From Phoronis australis (Eukaryota > Animalia > Phoronida): a stretch of 64,000 nt of DNA. The DNA lies in contig NMRA01000678.1 of the NCBI GenBank assembly GCA_002633005.1, positions 127,613 through 191,612 of the forward strand, in the 5' to 3' direction. A program made the translations under genes and the position numbers. Position 1 is the first letter of the stretch, and each line of letters begins with the position of its first letter. The notes beneath the pieces are model-generated. The model worked only from the letters and a program-made list of their open reading frames with translations. It was not told where the DNA came from and ran no database searches. Of the stretch, positions 61,158 through 64,000 are shown one piece after another.

Positions 61158-64000
61158 CTGTAACAAAGTAGATAATCCACAATGACTGTTGAGCAATAAA
61201 CATCAAAAGTAGCAGTCTACCATTTTGTTTTCTTAAACAAAGAGGTAAACCACCAGTGGTCAACCAGTAGACCAGACGCCTACAATTACTCATTACACAT
61301 CCCAGTGTGCAAGAGGACACAAATTTACCATAGCCTCACCCAAGAATAGTTACTATACAAACATTAACCCAAATCGTGAAGGTGATATCAGGGCCTAGGG
61401 TCCAATCTTTGAACACGAAATCAACCTAAAAGTTAATTTTGGCATTTTCCATTTCAATTTTGTGCCAACTCATGTATGATATCGTATTATATGTAGTTAA
61501 AGCAAACGGCGGTCTATAACGCCAAGTTTGCCATTGATGACCCCTAGATTCAAGCTACAAACAGGAGTAAAAACTCGAAATTTCGAGTTCAGACTCAAAT
61601 GCTAGGGTATATCAAAAGCAAACCTGGAAAAGAGAGTCGTCCACTTCTAAACCATACTGGCACAGAATAATAGACACATATCTGGAGATCACATAAAAAC
61701 AGAATGGAACCTGTCAATTTTGAGTTTGAGTTTGATTTAGAGTTCAAAGGTTAGATTACGGTCCAGGTTAATCGGGACCGACTCGTCAGAGGTCCATACG
61801 ACCCGATTGGCCCGAGGTATCAGTCATGACATAACCACTAATCCATCTTTCCTGACTTCTTTACACATGCTAAATTAAGCATGTTCATTTCCCAGCTTAA
61901 TGATGATGCACTGGCATCGGCTGCTCATTTTTTTCAAGGATTTATGGTTTACTGTCCAGTGTCTGGTCAGGAGAAAGGGATACTAATCTGCATGATATCT
62001 GGGTGGCATGTGGCATTCCACAGTCTAGCCTAAAGTATCCTCCTAACAGAAGCCAATTGTATTGTGTTTTAGCCAGTGGGAGGAAAGATGTTTCAGTGGC
62101 CACTACATATAATACTGTTAATCACTGCCTTTGAATGATACATAAACAAACACAGACATAAATACCTAATAAACCATGCTTTGACTGGAGAACAGACTTC
62201 AAGTTTAAACAAAATCAACACAATAGCAGTGATGCTCAATAGAGTATTGAGAGTGCGAAAGTGACTTCCGCTTGATCCCATTAGATTTGGTGGACATAAA
62301 TTCAACTACTAAATATTGGTTCATTAACCTAAAAACAGAAGAATCAATCCCAATGTCAGCCTCTCTCATCGTTTAATAAGGTTAAGTTCTATCCACCAAA
62401 TATATTTAATAGCTTGTTAGCATCAGCTGGGATTGAAATTCTCCCGCTTTATCCGTCGCAGCTCTGACTTCGCAAGGCGTGGAATCTCAGTGGGAAATGT
62501 ACGGTTTGCCTTTTTCTGTAATAAGCTATTAGTACACCCAACTGAACAGCAGCAGTGACAGCAGGAAAGGCAAACACTGAAATCTCCCATGGGATCTGTA
62601 GGTGGTGTTGAACACCTGTCCACCAAAGATCTGATCGTTGTCCAGCAGGATAGTTCATTTCAATAAGGTGTGACTATTTCAAAAGTTGGGTATTACTCAC
62701 TTGTTCACATCTGTTAACAGTGAACTTAATAATAAGGATCCGTACTTTAACTTCATTACACTATTAGTCAATTGACCTGGGAATCGAAGTATTTAATTTT
62801 CAAAGAAAAGTGGGGGAGTTTATGACAAACAATATAGAAACACTGCTATCTTTCCAAACACAAGACTATAGTAACATACAGTAGGCTGTCAGGCTTCAGA
62901 CGCTGGTCAGAAGCTCTGAGGGAGGGAGCTAATCACCCCACTCATGTGATTGGAAGAAGACACAAAATTCTGTCTTTTGCTCAGGAATCACACTGTAAAA
63001 CATTATTTTGAGAAAAGTCATCGAATTGGGAAACTTGCACAACCACCAAAAGACAAAATGTTACCATGATGGTAAACATTATCTAATTAGGGACAATAAA
63101 CATTTGCTTACTAAGGCTCAAGCTTATCCCAAGTTCAGTCTAGAAATAGGAAATATTGCCACCCAAATTCAAGAATCGCAGAAAGTCATAAAATTACCCA
63201 CTCAGTAGACTGAAACTTTAGAAATGTGATGGATGCCAAAATCGTCGTCGTCTCAAATTTCAGAATGAAGAAATTTCAATTTTTGCAGGAGTTTCCATGT
63301 CCTGAATTCTATAGACTTTCCCAAATTGGAGAATTTTTACCGCATGTGTCATGCCAAGAAACCAGTTAGACCTCAAACCAAGTAGACTGTATAGAGACTG
63401 CAAAGTCTGTATACATGCCTCTTAAACTTAACAGCTGCTGAGGGTTTATAGCAGCATGAGGAATGTGATCTCAACTGGTGACCCAGCCTACACCTCAAGA
63501 AGAAAAAATCATTGCAACAGGTGCATAGGCATGGCTGATGAACACAGGCAAAAAAGTGGATGAAGACATTGCAAGGCACATACCACGTCTAGCTATAAGA
63601 AAAACGGTCATTTTTGTTGTGGCTTTCACTGCTGCAAAAACACTACTGAAAGTCGTTTTGGTTCATGGAACTTGGACAAATGCCAAAGCCATCAGTGTTC
63701 AACTGGGACTGAAAATTGCTATTCCAGAAGCAGCCATGTTGTTTTTAAATAGTTTACTCAAAGACTGAAGTCTGCAATAAACCGCAAAGGTGCCTATACG
63801 GCCTTTTTCACAAGCTATTTTAAGCACACCAAATGACAGAATAATGAAATTCTTTGTCAAAATTTTCGACAAAATCAAACATTACGGAAATTTTAGTCTA
63901 TCATAAGCACTAACTTTGCACTCTATGGCACACAACAAAATTTCATTAAGTTTCCATTATTTACAACAAGTTCACCCATAAAACAATACAAATCACTTAT

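Noticed and set aside
1-64000. CRISPR arrays, rRNA, intact tRNA, and autonomous transposase or RT ORFs
   Set aside because: None seen by eye: no regular repeat-spacer array, cloverleaf or long TE ORF; the window is eukaryotic.

Overview
This is AT-rich, intron-containing invertebrate genomic DNA (lophotrochozoan-like by inference; the taxon cannot be fixed from the sequence), with single-N contig joins at 123, 7346, 26651, 44497, 46969 and 51071. Four genes were reconstructed by hand from splice sites. (1) An unrecognised 8-exon secreted alpha-helical protein of about 265 aa (+, 5018-15937) with four consecutive 114-nt phase-1 exons, plus a divergent intronless look-alike of exons 4-5 inside its first intron. 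(2) A RING plus TRAF/SIAH-type zinc-finger E3-ligase-like gene (+, 22237-24865; first exon unresolved). (3) An innexin with a single coding exon (-, 31829-33037). (4) The 3' five exons of a TspanC8-type tetraspanin (-, 54132-61157). Non-coding DNA holds a Penelope-like insertion in two copies (13-bp TSD, 56-bp inverted repeats, minimal hammerhead-ribozyme motif), Helentron/HINE-like elements (one haplotype-polymorphic), a 5-bp-TSD hAT-like MITE family and other MITEs and palindromes. Three N-split tandem duplications are probably uncollapsed haplotypes. Most ORFs in the supplied track are spurious. All family calls come from motif recognition by eye, not database searches.
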